DNA of 64,000 nt from a virus (Duplodnaviria > Caudoviricetes), in IMG/VR virus record IMGVR_UViG_3300013426_000029, positions 1-64,000 of that record; one strand, given 5' to 3'. Under the pieces are notes generated by a model. It searched no databases. It saw only the letters and a program-made list of their open reading frames with translations, and had not been told where the DNA came from. Each line of letters opens with the position of its first letter. Positions within the stretch are counted from its first letter, which is position 1. Positions 50,164 to 63,900 of this stretch are shown one piece after another. The translations under genes were made by a program, and so were the position numbers.

Positions 50164-50773
50164 AAGATATTATTATTAAAGGAAGATATAATACAGAACA
50201 TTTATTAAAGTATATAGAAGATAATTTATATAGTTTAGAAAATTGTTTATATTTTAGAACTATATTAGATAATGATAATAATATTATTGCAGTAGATCCA
50301 GATAGCGGACCATTTATGCAAGTAGGTGATAATATATCTAACTTTATAGAAAATTCTACAGATAAAATTATAGAATCAATAGAATATAAAAATAAGAAAA
50401 CTTTAATCAAATTAAAATAATTATGGACAATGGTTATCCTATGGGTGCTGAATTTGATCCAAATGCACCTTATAATCAAGAAGTAAACGAACCGAAAACA
50501 ATTAATGTAGTTATTGATTTATGTATTAGTAAATCAGTACCTATTGAAGTTACTGATTATACTGTAGATGAAGATGGTAATCCTGATTTTTATTCTTGTG
50601 ATTTATATGATGCAGTAAGTAATCAGATATATCTTCCTACGGAATTATCTGAAACAATTACCAAGTCTCTTGATTCAGTAAAAGATTTAAAAGAATTTAA
50701 GCACTATAATAAGAACGCTCTTATAGATGGATCAGATTGGGATATTGATGACTATACAATTACAGTAGAATGA
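50160..50773 (+). other. Two hypothetical CDS (50160-50420, 50423-50773 acidic, YPMGAEFDPNAPYNQ)
   Basis: Coupled ORFs. Confidence 0.7.
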
Positions 50774-51027
50774 AATTAATTAAATTTGGTGCGGATTGGT
50801 GTAATCCTTGTAAAATACAAAATTCAGAATTTGAAAAGAATCCTCCTAAAGTAGAACTACAAATAGTAGATGTTGATGAAGATACCGATAATCTAGCTTC
50901 TAAATATCATGTAAGAAATATTCCAGTTATTGTTCTATTAGATAATGATAAAGAAATACATCGTTGGACAGGATTTACTAAAACATATCAGATAAATGAT
51001 TATATTGATAATTTAAAGAAACAATGA
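50770..51027 (+). CDS. Thioredoxin
   Basis: FGADWCNPCK, VDVDE, VRNIP. Confidence 0.93.
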   Translation: MKLIKFGADWCNPCKIQNSEFEKNPPKVELQIVDVDEDTDNLASKYHVRNIPVIVLLDNDKEIHRWTGFTKTYQINDYIDNLKKQ

Positions 51028-51848
51028 AATTAATAAATCAATCTGTAAAGCAACTTAATCAAGAACTTACTCTAGAAGGGGCTATGAAGGCGGCTGAATA
51101 TGCTGGAAGAGTATGCTATAATTCCACAGATAAGATTACTGAAGATAGCTATAAAGGATTTATTAAAGGATTAGTAGCTAGAGGACACATGAGTCCTCTA
51201 GCTCATGGTATTATTTATTTTGATTTTCCTAAGGACTTTAATAATACTTATCTAACTATATTAAAGCATAATAATTTTAGTTATACTATTAGTTCTAAAA
51301 CTAGGGTATTTGTAGCTACTAATCTACGAGTATTGTATGAAAATTTTAATCAGAAAGAAATAAATACAATGCTCCCATATATTACTAATGATGATAAGGG
51401 AATTAAATATAGTTCATTTGAAGTCATTACTTCTATAGGAGTAAGTAGAGAATTAAATAGGCATGCAGTTTCTTTAGTTATATGTGAACAATCTACTAGA
51501 TTCTGTAATTTTAGTAAAGATAAATTTAATAGAGAGATTACTTTTATAAAACCAGAATGGTACTATAAGTGTAAGGATTATGTACAAAAAGAATTTGTTT
51601 CTACTTTAGGTCTTCTCGAAACTAATTATATGAACTGGTTAAACCTTGGATTAAAACCAGAACAAGCTAGAGCAATATTACCTTTAGAAACCGCAACAAG
51701 AGTTATATATACGGGTTTAAATATAGATTGGTTACATGTATTACTTCTTAGAAGTTCTAATATGGGGGCTAAAAATGTACACCCAGAATGTGCCGAGATA
51801 GCCAATTTGATTGCAAATAAATTTGATTTTAATATAAAAGACGTATGA
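51024..51848 (+). CDS. thyX: Flavin-dependent thymidylate synthase
   Basis: AGRVCY, GHMSP, ELNRH...EQSTRF, EQARAILP. Confidence 0.92.
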   Translation: MKLINQSVKQLNQELTLEGAMKAAEYAGRVCYNSTDKITEDSYKGFIKGLVARGHMSPLAHGIIYFDFPKDFNNTYLTILKHNNFSYTISSKTRVFVATNLRVLYENFNQKEINTMLPYITNDDKGIKYSSFEVITSIGVSRELNRHAVSLVICEQSTRFCNFSKDKFNREITFIKPEWYYKCKDYVQKEFVSTLGLLETNYMNWLNLGLKPEQARAILPLETATRVIYTGLNIDWLHVLLLRSSNMGAKNVHPECAEIANLIANKFDFNIKDV

Positions 51849-52410
51849 TAGTTCTTTGGTTTATTGCTGGAAGTATTCAGATTGCTCTTATTATAATGTT
51901 TATTAATATGACTCTTAATATTGGTAATATTAATCAAGTATTAATGAAAATATCTAAATCTGTATGTAAAGAAGAAAAAGCCGATATTGTAAAAGATAAC
52001 AAAATACAATCTACGACAAATACTGTGAAAGAAGATAGTATACTACTGTGGCATTAATTATTAGTTATGGATAATAAAAAATTTAAAAATATAGTTTTTA
52101 TCTGGTTATTAGTACTCACATTGTTTATAGTAGGAATGATAATGTGTTTTGGAGATATATATTCTAGATTTAAAGTATTAGATGAGGTATTTAAAACAAT
52201 TCAAAACTCCTTAGCTTATTAATTATGAAAGAAAATCAAGTAAGTACATTGGAGAAAGTTTTATCTTTCTTATTTCCTATTATAGGTATTATTCTATATT
52301 TTATTAATAAAAATAATGTAAAAGATAGTTCAGAATATCTTAAGTGGTCAGGAATAGGATTTTTAATCGGTGTAATTTGTCAATTAATATTAATATCAGT
52401 TATAAGTTAA
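51845..52410 (+). other. Small membrane-protein genes (51845-52057, ~52068-52222, 52225-52410)
   Basis: Short hydrophobic ORFs; the last has the LSFLFPIIGIILY motif. Confidence 0.6.
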
Positions 52411-52793
52411 TGAAGAAATTATTATTTATTTTAATAGCTTTAATTGGATTTAGTACTTCTATTTATGCAGGTACTTATGCCACTACTTTTAAAAGTAATT
52501 CAGTAGGAATTTGTTATTATATGGAATATGAGGATGCGTATGATTAATGGTGGGCAGTTGCTTGGAAGAATTCAGATACGGTTCTTATTGAAGGGACTGA
52601 CTTGCTTTTTAATAAACAATACACTATTGAAATAGTATCACGTACTTATAAATCTTATATCCGCTCTATTGCAATTTGGGGTAAAAAACATCCGAATGCA
52701 ACACATTTTCCCGATAGATATGTAGAAAAAATTATGTATTTCTGTAAATTAGTGAGTTGTAGAAAATTATCGAATCTTTCTAATGATTATTAA
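52410..52793 (+). pseudogene. Secreted protein gene interrupted by one in-frame TAA
   Basis: Signal peptide MKKLLFILIALIGFSTSIYA; TAA at 52545 followed in frame by WWAVAWKNSD... to 52793. Confidence 0.55.
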
Positions 52794-52957
52794 TAATTAT
52801 GATATATGAAACTATTGGTGTAATTATAATAGGTATTATAATTATTTATATTTTAGCTTGGTTATTCGGAGCAACTGAATGATTATACTATTAAGAACTT
52901 TGGTATGTATACTTATACTTTATGTATTTGTATACATACCTTTATTTATATTTTATT

Positions 52958-53458
52958 ATGCAGACGACAAAATTTACACAGAACGATATAAACGAAGGAA
53001 TAGAAAATCTTAAAGTAGGAATTTGTAATATAATTAATTCTTTAGCAAATAATAAAATATCTGAATTTACTTTAGAATTTCCATTTCCTACTACAGTAAT
53101 GTATGAAATGATAATTAAATTTACTAATGGTGTTAAAGTAATTGATTATAATGCAGTAACAATTAAATTAAGAATACATAATTCTGTTAATATTTTAATT
53201 ACTAAAGTTGGAAATAAGTATCATTTTGAATCTAATTTAATTAATCCTATTAAAGATAATCGAATAGTTAGTGATAAAACGTTTGCTACAAGATTAATTA
53301 GATTTCTAGAACAAGTTGAAGTTCAAGATATGATTAGTGAGGAAGAACAAAAATATCTACTTTCTGTAGCTAATAAATTAAGAAATTATCAATACTTAAC
53401 TAGAACAGAAGAAGAAGATGTTTATTTTAAGAATATAAGATTTCCTAATAAAAATTAA
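52958..53458 (+). CDS. Hypothetical protein
   Basis: Probable start MQTTKF. Confidence 0.65.
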   Translation: MQTTKFTQNDINEGIENLKVGICNIINSLANNKISEFTLEFPFPTTVMYEMIIKFTNGVKVIDYNAVTIKLRIHNSVNILITKVGNKYHFESNLINPIKDNRIVSDKTFATRLIRFLEQVEVQDMISEEEQKYLLSVANKLRNYQYLTRTEEEDVYFKNIRFPNKN

Positions 53459-53507
53459 GATATAATCTAATTTATATAATCTAATTCTTTCTACTCTGAT
53501 ATATTAA

Positions 53508-53539
53508 TTTGTAAAATTGATATTTAATTAGTAAATTTA
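53508..53539 (+). promoter_or_regulatory. Near-consensus Bacteroidota-type promoter
   Basis: TTTG-N20-TAAATTTA; shares TTTGTAAAATT with the promoter at 3373. Confidence 0.5.
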
Positions 53540-53575
53540 TATTTTCGTACTGCGCATAATTAAGAAAGGACAAAT

Positions 53576-53980
53576 ATGAAAACATTTTTCAAAATGCTAA
53601 CAATTTTAATTGTTGCGCTCATTTTTAGTAATGCACAAGCCCAGACCGCAAATCCTAGAGCTACTTATTATTATTGTGGTTCGCATGGAATGGGTTGGGG
53701 TGTAGCAGGAGGTGAACGACTAACTCCTCAAAAAGCAAAAGTCGTTAGATACATTGCAGTATCAAGAGATTTAGAAAGAAGAGGATTTAAATTAGGTATG
53801 TACGTAAAGGTTACAAGTAAATATTATCCGCACCTAAATGGTGTATGGAAGATAATGGACCGAATGTCTAGCAGAGTACATAATAGTATTGATTTTCTAT
53901 TACAGAACAAAAGCGATAGAAAGAAAATGACAATGCCAAGACGAGTAGAAATTGAATTATTAACCAGTAGTACGAAATAA
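53576..53980 (+). CDS. Secreted 3D/RlpA-like double-psi barrel protein (putative lytic transglycosylase)
   Basis: Signal peptide; ATYY, IAVSRD, G..V.V, IMDRM...IDF. Confidence 0.75.
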   Translation: MKTFFKMLTILIVALIFSNAQAQTANPRATYYYCGSHGMGWGVAGGERLTPQKAKVVRYIAVSRDLERRGFKLGMYVKVTSKYYPHLNGVWKIMDRMSSRVHNSIDFLLQNKSDRKKMTMPRRVEIELLTSSTK

Positions 53981-53984
53981 ACAT

Positions 53985-54032
53985 AATAAGGGGAAGAATG
54001 GCTATAGCAGCTATTCTTCCCCTTATTTTTTT
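53985..54032. terminator. Terminator at the convergence of the early (+) and late (-) arms
   Basis: AATAAGGGGAAGAATGGCT/AGCTATTCTTCCCCTTATT followed by a T tract, between converging genes. Confidence 0.88.
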
Positions 54033-57000
54033 ACTATTGCGATTTAAAATATGCGTTTGCTGTATCTTTTATTGATCTAGTAAGACCTGTATTATTAAGC
54101 AACAAATATTTCCAAGATTTATCTCCAAACAATGATTGCCCTGTCTATTTAACTATCTAAACCGGAGCGGTATAATATGGAGGATTCATATTTTCTCCAA
54201 AGAACTATATTACATTAATTGGACCTTTAAACTAATCAAAAGACCTTGAAGAAGACTTATAAAGTATTTCTGTAAAAAAATTTTTTAACATAGGATTATC
54301 TTTTGCTGTCTTTTTAAATTCTGTATATTTCGGGCCTAATATTAACTAATAAAGTAAACCCAATAATAACGCAGACAATGCATCACTACTTAATTTATAC
54401 ATATTAGCTTTAACCATTGGATTTCCTTTTATATAAGCAAGTCCAGCCTTTAAACCATCTTCTTTACAAAGACTTATAATAGAACCAATAGAAGGAAATA
54501 TACCCTATACAATAATAGGTATATCTTTATATACAGGACTACCAGTATCTTCTGTAGTTATATTACCAACTTCATCAAAAAATAGTTTATTACCTTTTTC
54601 ATCTGTTTCCTATTCAGATGTTAACTATGATACTCCATTTTTCTAAGTTGACATAAAATAATTATTCACAATACCATTCATCCAAGTAGAGAATGAACCA
54701 AATAAAAAACCATATGCTCTATGCTCAGCCATAGCTTTTTTACTTGTATCATAAGAACCATATATATTATCGCCCAATGCTCTTATCGCATTAATTTCAC
54801 GTTTAGAATATGGTTCTGGAAGATTATCGGTCATATTAATTGGCGCATCTAAATGGTCTTCATTATATTTTTTTACTTGAGAAAAATATAAAGCCCTAGC
54901 TTTTAAATATTCTTTAGAACCTTTAGCTCCATATTTAAATGCTTTAAATCTTTCATCCTTAGTCCAATCATATTTTAAATTACCGTTTTGATCTAAACTA
55001 AAAGCTTCCCATGAACCATCATGCATACATTTAGCTACAAATAAAGTCATACGATTTAAAAAGTCTGGACCTCTTAATGTACTATACATAAATGTTTCTC
55101 CATTAAGAATACCACTACGTCCAGTTTTTGCTCTTTCTGCAATACGCCCAATATCTGTATTTGAAATTCTATATTTTAAACAAAGTTTACTTAATAAATT
55201 CTAAGCCATTGGGTTTGCTGTAGAATATTTAAATACATATGCATATGCTTTTCTTACATTTTCTGGTTCTATATCAGTATTTAATTTTATAAACGAGCGC
55301 ATAAAATTTTGTTCAGCACCTTCAAATGTATCACGTAATGAACCAATAATATTACCACCTAAAAGCATGTGTGTTACAATTCTTTTTATTGGAGAAATTA
55401 CCCCGATTATTTTCTATTCTGTTTTAGACATAATAGAAGTATGAAATACATTTACTTTTAGATAATCTTGCATATATTTAATTTCTTTTTCTACTACTGA
55501 TTTATTACCATTATAATTCCCTGTAAGGTATAATTGAAGCATTAAAGCTTTGGAACAAACTAATAATTTATTTAATTGAGTTGTTGAAATATGTTTAGCT
55601 AAGAAATCAATTAATAAATTTTCAACATTGGTTTCAAAAAATGGAGTACCATATTTTTCAATCCAACGTTTTCTTTCTTGTAATGCACTATTATAATTAT
55701 TAGTACTTGTTACCATAGTAGTACTAAATGGATTTACTAAATGCATTCTATAAAAGTTTTCTGAATCTCTTGACATCATTTCTCTTTCTTCTTCAGTAAT
55801 ACCTTCAACAAATTCATCAAATGCAGTAGATGCGTCTCTAATTTTTCTTACAAAGTTTTTCATACCAGTTACTATGCCAGCAGCACTTGAGCGTTGTGTT
55901 CCTTTAGAAGCTCTTTCAAGTGGAACCCATAGATATTCTGGATGCCTTTTTATATACTCTTTGATTTTAGGATCTTCTGGAGATGTAAATATTGAATTTC
56001 CGTTTCTAGAAATACACTATATTTGATAAAGAACTTTCTTTAAAAGAGTTCTTTCTTCAGAATCCAAATCATTACTTTCGTCATATGGATTTTTAAACGA
56101 CATGGCATCAGAATCAGGATCGTATAAATTACGATATACTGATGCCTAATTACCTATAATCATATTCTAAGCAGAAGTATAATTTTTATATTTATAAAAA
56201 TCATCAAACATACCTCTAATCTTAGAATCATAATACTTTAAGAATTCTTCTGATACAGTATCATAAGTAATTAATAAATTATTTACTACTGTTCTAATAT
56301 TTTCATCATCTACTGTTGCAGCAGTAAAGAAATTTAAGTTAATACTACTTAAACTGTTTTTATTTATAGCAGTTTCTCCTCTTAACGTAAGTAATGCATT
56401 TACTGACATTACATATAGTGTAGCCAAGTTTTTATTAAATTTACTACTTCCCTCTAATGCTCTAGCTACTTTTTCTGGGTCTCCAAAATCTGGGCGAATT
56501 GTTTGAATTTTAGTAATAATATCGGTTAATGCTTGAATCTAAGTTACTTTTGTTTTAGCGTCTTTTAAAGTTTCAAAACCATAACGTTCATATTCTTTAG
56601 TTAAACTTAAATTTGCACCATCAGTAACTTTATTATATTCATTGAATATTTCTTCAATTGGGTCTGTAAAAGTAGTATTTAAAAAATTATTATTAATTTT
56701 ATTATCTGGATTTGCTTCATTAACTATAGAAAGAATTTTCTAGAAATAATTCTTATTAAATTCTCCAATATTAAAAGCTCTATACGCACCATTACCACAA
56801 GAACTAACCACTCCAAGTGTTCCTAATATAATATTATCTCCTAATTCTGGCAACATTTCATTAATAAGTTCCATAGTTCTTACAGCTTCAACATTACCAT
56901 AATCAGATTCAAGATCATTATATTCTGTATCTTGCTTATAAAAGCCTAATATGTTATTTCTATTTCTTCTTATATTAGCGTGCTATTTAATATTAAAATT

Positions 57001-58578
57001 AGATAGAGTAATTACATCAATAACTCCGTCTTTACTTTTAAAAATTAAAATTCCAGCATCAATTAAATCATCAAGTAATTTCCAATTGTGATTAATTACT
57101 TCTTTACCATTTACTTCCTCTTTTGTATAATCTAATAAATATTTACTAAATATACTTTCTAACTATTGAGATATAGTAGCCAAACCTGTAACTTTTTCAA
57201 AAGAAAGAAAACCTTTTTCATAAGCATTTTTAACTGCATCTTTTATTTTCTAAACTGTATAACCTTTATTATCATCTAATTTATCAAGATGTTTTGTTAT
57301 AAGTTCTTTAATTTCTTTATTCTTATTTTTATCAGTTTTTTCTTTAATGTCATACTATTTTCCATCAATAATTACTTCATACATATGATCAAGTTCATTG
57401 ACTTTCTTAATTATAATTGGTTCTATACCAGTTGGATCTTCAGATGGGGCATATTTAATCCAAGATTCTGCAGTTTGACCCAATCCATCTTCACGGAGAT
57501 TCATAGTTGGAAATATTAATTTACAATTATCAGTAGCTTTAACTATTACGTTTGAAGAAATAGTAATTGGAGTTGAATTATTTTCTATAAAATAAGATGC
57601 ATTCTTTACATACTTATGCATAGCAAAACCAGAATCTGATTTACGTGTACTATAATTTATAGTACCATGAACTTTAGCTTTAAGTAGATTACCATTCTAT
57701 CCATATTGAAGCTATACTGGAATTACGCTTAACTAAATATTTTTTGTATTAACTCCATTATATTCTAATATAGATTTTAAAAAAGCTAACTAATATTTAA
57801 TACGTTCTTTTTTAACTTGAGGCCATTCATTTGGATTAGAAGCAGTAGTTTTTATAACATATAATCTGATTGTACCATCATCACCAATAGTTATCCAATC
57901 AAAGTGTCCATAAATATCTTCTCCACTTGATTTTATTTTAGCTTTTAAATTTACACCTCGTATAGTCTATTTTTCAGAATTTAATTCACCAGTTTCGGAT
58001 ATAAATGTTTTTCTTAATGCATCCTATACTACTGCTAAATTAGGAATTTTTTCTTCAGAAATTCCTTTATTTTTTAATGCACCCTATACTTTAGCTCCAT
58101 CCTATTCAAATAATATTTTAGAACCAGCAATCATATGAACATATTTTGCATCCTTTTTAATTAATTCATTCTATTGCTTTTCTGTTTTTAAATGCTAATC
58201 TATCTATTCATCATTCCAGCCTTTAGCTGCTAATTCCTATTTTACCTTAGCATCATAATTTCCATCTTCATAAGTTGGAACTAGTAAATGATCATTAATA
58301 TTAAATGCTGAAGAATTAATAAATAACTAAACATTTAAACCACCTTCTGGGGCAGGAGAAGGGTCATTTGGGTCAACGGATTCTACTAATTTAAGATCCT
58401 TAACATTATTCTATTTTATTTTATCTATCTAACTTTTTTGTCTATCTTTACTAAATACAATATCAGTAATATCTGAAGCAAGTTCTTTATCCCTTAAATA
58501 ATTCATTAATTCAGTATAATTACCAAAGTTCTAAAAAACTTCACCATTTAATATAATTGCATAATTACAATAATTCAT
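54031..58578 (-). CDS. TAG-recoded 1515-aa virion/ejection protein with N-terminal PD-(D/E)xK-like domain
   Basis: ORF-track fragments 54643, 55414, 56167 and 57355 share one frame separated by TAG; GHFDWITIGDDG...VIKTT...YQLAF; ends CAA TAG TAA. Confidence 0.85.
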
Positions 58579-58579
58579 A

Positions 58580-60931
58580 TTAACAATCCTCCCTTATTCC
58601 ATTCTTCTAATCTTTATTATATTCACTAATCTATTGATTGATATAATTAGAAATACGTCTAGACTATTGTGTACTACCAAAATCTAAATCTTTTCTTGAC
58701 ATTAATTTAGCTACTTCTTTATTAAATTTATTAAATATGACAGTTAATTTAGAGCCATAAAAACTATTAATATTTTCTATTTTAGTATCAAAAATAGTTT
58801 CTGTAATGTTTTTTAATGTTTTATCATTAGTATCAAATACTTCTTTAGTTTCTAAATTAACATTACCACGTATATAATTACTAAACAAATTAGCAAAGAC
58901 TTCTTCTCTAAGATCCATCTCAGAAATTCCTGGATAAGATTCTTTTATTTTTTTATACATACGTCTTCCTTCATTAGTATTAATTACTAAATTAAGAAGA
59001 TTTTCATAGTTATTACCTAAGTCTGGATTTGATTTAATCATACCAAGAATTAAGTGTACATGTTCGTGTAATAAATCAGAAGGTCTTGCTATTGTACTAT
59101 TAACATATACTTTACCATTATAAATAAAAGCTTTATCTATATTCGGATCAAATAAATTACCTCCTATTTCTTTATTTAAACTTTCAATTTCACTTGCATT
59201 AATTAATTCAACATCAACATTAAACTAAGATTTTAATACATCAGAAATAGTAGTCATCCAAGTAATCATTGGAGTAGATTTTTTTTTAGTCTATTCCTTT
59301 ACACTATCGTCTGGAACTGGAATAACTTGATAAACAATATTTTTATTATATTTATATTTTTCATCAAATTCTCTACTTTCAATATAATACTTTTTAGTTT
59401 TAGCTTTATCTATTTTATTAGCAATAGTATCCATACTTTTACCATTTCTATTTGAAGTACCTAATTCTTCATTCATTTTATAAATAAATAAAGCTACTTT
59501 TTCTGGAGTATTAATCTTCTATAGAATATTTTCTCTATACTTTTTTTGAATACCTACTTCTTTTATATATTCTCTAAATGTCTACATATTAAAGTTTGGA
59601 TTAGTAACAAACTAATCTTCACCACCTCTAATATCTGTTTTTACATCAACAGGAATATCTATAGATTCTATAATTTGTCCAGGTTGATAAGAAGTTTTAC
59701 TGATTATTTTTTCGTTAACAAAACTTTGATATACTTTTTTACCATCTATAATTTCAACAGGTCTATATTTAAATTCTATTGCTGAATTACTGATAATAGG
59801 TTGTGCTTCTATTCTTTCGGCAATAGCATTATGAGCATCTTCTAATGAATCATATCTTGTTCCAAAAGCCGATGAAAGTAATGTACCTCTTGAGATATAA
59901 AATTTATCATTATCTTTATAAACATTATATCCAAGATACTTGCTTACTTTTAATGTATTAATAGTATCCTAAGTAATACCATATTTAGTTTCAATAGGTA
60001 TTGCCTTAGATTTTAATATAATTCCATTTTCTGTTTCTTTTAAATAACCATATCCAAAATCTGGAACTAATAAACGTTCTAAATAATCTTTACTTTTACC
60101 AGATTCTTGCAATTGTCTATAGCCTCTAATGTTTGCATCTTCTAATTCTTTTGGATGTTTTAATTTTAAAGCTTGATATAAATCATTATAAGTAATAAGA
60201 ATTTTAAAATCACCTAATGTTCTTTTTCTATAATTTAATTCTGTAGAAAATGGATCATCAAATTCTTTAATCTAATTCCAATTTCTTAAATTTCTTACAA
60301 ATTTTTCTAATATCTAAATGTTAGATACACCATCAGTAGAAGTGTTTCTATAATTCTTTTTATTCTAAAGATAATCAATAATCAAATCTTCAAAATTATC
60401 AAAGCCTTTATTCTTTCTAATTTTATTTAAAGGTTTATAATATTCAGAAGATTTATCAATATTTAAACCATAATCTCGGATTTCTTTTCTAATTTTTAAA
60501 AATCTTGCTAAACTTTGTAAATCGTATTTATTGTTTTTAAGAATAAATAATTCTTCTCCGTTGTTTTGAACAATTCTCTATTGAATTGTTTTACCTTCTA
60601 ATTTAAGTTCATCTACTAAAAATATATTAACATTTTCTTCTGGAAAATCAATATCACTATATTGTGACATACCTCTAAGTTCAGCTAATGAATAATTTCC
60701 TTGTAAACCATCAAGTCCAACTTTTTCTATATTGGATACTGTAATAGTTCTTTTTTTAATTTCTGATTTTTTTTCTTTTAATAAAGGAATTAATTGTTTG
60801 TAAACAAGGTCTTTATTATTTACTAAAGCTGAATATAAATCCGCTTCTTCAATATTGGTAGAGGGCGCTGAACTCTCATAATTCAGCACCACTTTCTTAC
60901 CATTAATTAATATTATAATGTTACAATCCAT
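58580..60931 (-). CDS. TAG-recoded 783-aa protein with zincin-like domain
   Basis: Fragments 60578, 59291 and 58664 are in frame across TAGs; DLLHEHVHL plus EEVFA. Confidence 0.85.
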
Positions 60932-63900
60932 TACTTACATATTTTATTTATTTGTGTAATAGTTCCCTCTTTTAAGAACTACTTAAAATAAGATATGATT
61001 TTTTCAATATCTTCTTCTGAAGCATTTGTTTCTAAACTTTGTTTTATAGTATTAATTATATTTTCAAAGTAATCAGAATACTTGCTTCCTAATACAAAAT
61101 ATCTTCTTATATTATTTACTCTTTCAAATAAATCATTTTCAGATTCACCTGGTTCTTGTATAATAAATGATTCATCATTCTTACCTTTCATTACAATAAC
61201 AGGAATAGAATTAGATTCCAGTTTAATAATACAAGGATCTTGATTACCAGAAGTACTTCGTACAATTCTTGCTGAATCTATTAAAACGTCTTGATAATTA
61301 AAGTAAAGAGGAATTTGATTTGATTCTAATTTTACATCTTTAGTTCCTTCTAATATTGGCACTCCATACCAATCTAAATTAGCTTCATAATCAAAGAAAT
61401 TACGAAGCATAGGGATATCTCTTAAATAAGAATTAAATAAACTAGTAATTCTATTCTTGCCATATTGGTTTCTATTTATAATAATATTATAAAGAACAAA
61501 AGCATCAGCTAATGTCATATTGTCAGTTATATAAATCTTATTTAAATCTCCAATTCCTTTTTTATAATTCTAGAATTTTTTCTAAGATTCAGAACTATCT
61601 TCAATTGTCTACATATTTAAAGATACTTTATAGAATGGAATGTCTTTTTCTATTGCTTTAATTAAAGCAGCAATAAATGGATTCTATGATAACCCTTTTA
61701 CTTGTTCAGTAATAATATTTCCATCTTTATCTACTTTAGTAACTTTACCCTATTTTAATTCGGGAATAATCTTATTTTCAAATATATATTTGAAAGAACC
61801 AATATTTGCTTTAGAATTTAAATTTAGTAAACCATCTTTTTCAAATGTATTTACTCTACCATTAATATCCAAATATTTAGTTCCTTTAGAAACAGGGAAA
61901 GAAATATTTTTACTTAAGATAAAATTATTGCAAATAATTTTATCAATAGATGTTAACACCCTAGCTTGGTATTGTTCTGGAATATAACTAAACTACTAAG
62001 ACATTTCTGAATATACTACATCGAATGCTTTTGATTTAAATGAAATATTATCATCTACTTCAAGTACGGTAGAAAATAATTTTCTAATTGCATCAAACTA
62101 AGGTATCTTAGTAAATGCATCAAATACATTTACACACTTCTTTACTAGGTCGTATTCTCTAGCAATTTTTTCTCTGTAGTCTTCATCTATAGTCCAACGT
62201 TTAACATCTAAATCTTTAATATTATTAATAGCTTCTAATTCTGAAGTTGTTTTACTTGAATCTTTTAAAGCATTCTTTTTAGCAGTAGCTAATATATTCT
62301 TCAACTGTATTACTTTTGCTTGTAAGTCAACTTTATTAGTAGGTATTCCCTAATTAAATCCATAAAGTCTACCAAGATTACTAAATTCATTAGCTGCTTG
62401 TAACACATTTAAGAATTCATTACAATCTGCTTGTAATTCTGCTTTATCCATAGTAGTTAAACCTAATCTTTCTTTTAATGCCTATGTTTGAAAATTATAC
62501 AATGAAATAGGTTTTCCATCTTCATCATATAATTTAGTTTCACTTCTTGCTTGTTTAACTGCATTTTCTAATGTAATTTGTTCCTAACCAGAATATATAT
62601 TTTCTTCTGTTAATTCGTAAACGAATCTAGCAACAGGAGATGTCATAAATGATACAATATCGTTAATATTATATCCCATTGTAATTAAGAATAAATACAT
62701 TTTAGCAAGCTTAGATCCACAATTAATCTAACCTAATATAAGCTCTTTTGCATTCAATTTTATTATTCTCATACTTTCATATAAGTTTAGACTATATCTT
62801 AATTCAATATATTTTGAATTCTCAGCACTTCGGATTTTTAAATCCTATTTTATTAAAATAGTCGTTGCACCATTGTATGGCTCAGAGATTACCCCAACCT
62901 TAAATCTTATTACTATAGTAAGGTAATTACTCTTACAAGTAATTTAAGTTTTTAACAGGGCTTTTCCTGAATTCACTGAGTATTTTATCCAACTGACTCT
63001 GCTTTATATATTTATTTTGGATCAGTTGCTGCAGAAAGCACCTAACTTATCATTAAGTCAACCTATAGGTTTCCTGTACTTCGTTTAGAGAAACTTTCAG
63101 CTATTTTTGGATCTACTCCTTCAAAATTCATCTAAGGTAATCCATTAAGTGTTAATGTTTTTGGATTATTCTTTGCTCTACCAGCAATTCTCTAAGTAGT
63201 AAAAGCAAATGTAGCATGTTCTATATTCTAAGTTCTTATAGCATCGTTTAAATAGTAATGCCAAAGGAATGATGCCTTTTCTGCATTAGCTGCAATACCA
63301 ATCACATTCTTACCAACCATGTTAATATACTACATTGTAAATTTAGTAATTGGATCTAATAAAGTAAGTTTAGAATTTTCTTCAGCTCCATTACCATATT
63401 TATTAGAAGCATTTCTAATTACATCCATATCAATTGGAGAATATGCAGTAATCATATTTCTTAAACTTTGAATAGTATTCTAAATATGAGAAGAAATAAA
63501 ATTCTTACTTATTTCCTATGAAAGTTTTGCAGGAATTTCTGTCTATTCGTGAGTTATTAAATTCTATAATACTTTATTTCCATACTTATTATGATATGAA
63601 ACATTTATATTATTTTTACCACCATGCTCATAAGGTTTAACTTTATACAATTTGTTTAAAAGATTAGCATAAAGTTCTATTCTTTTTGCTTTTAATTTAT
63701 TATTTTCTGGATCTTTCTTTATTAGATTATCGACCTTTTCTATATTATTTACGTCAATATTAATATCTACAATATTATTTAATGATTCTAATAAAGTTGG
63801 ATCAGTATTACTGCTAGTTAAACTAGCTCTAAGTTTAGCTTCATTACTAATAAAATTATATACTAAATGCTTTGGTTGAGGTAATTTTTCAGAAGCTTCT

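Noticed and set aside
792-51937. Minus-strand ORFs in the early arm (e.g. 8808-9239, 26928-27209, 46527-46895, 50144-50479) and nested + strand ORFs 22250-22480 and 25482-25676
   Set aside because: Shadows of well-supported genes, without motifs
57289-61987. Plus-strand ORFs 57289-57519, 59546-59785 and 61640-61987
   Set aside because: Antisense shadows of the recoded late genes
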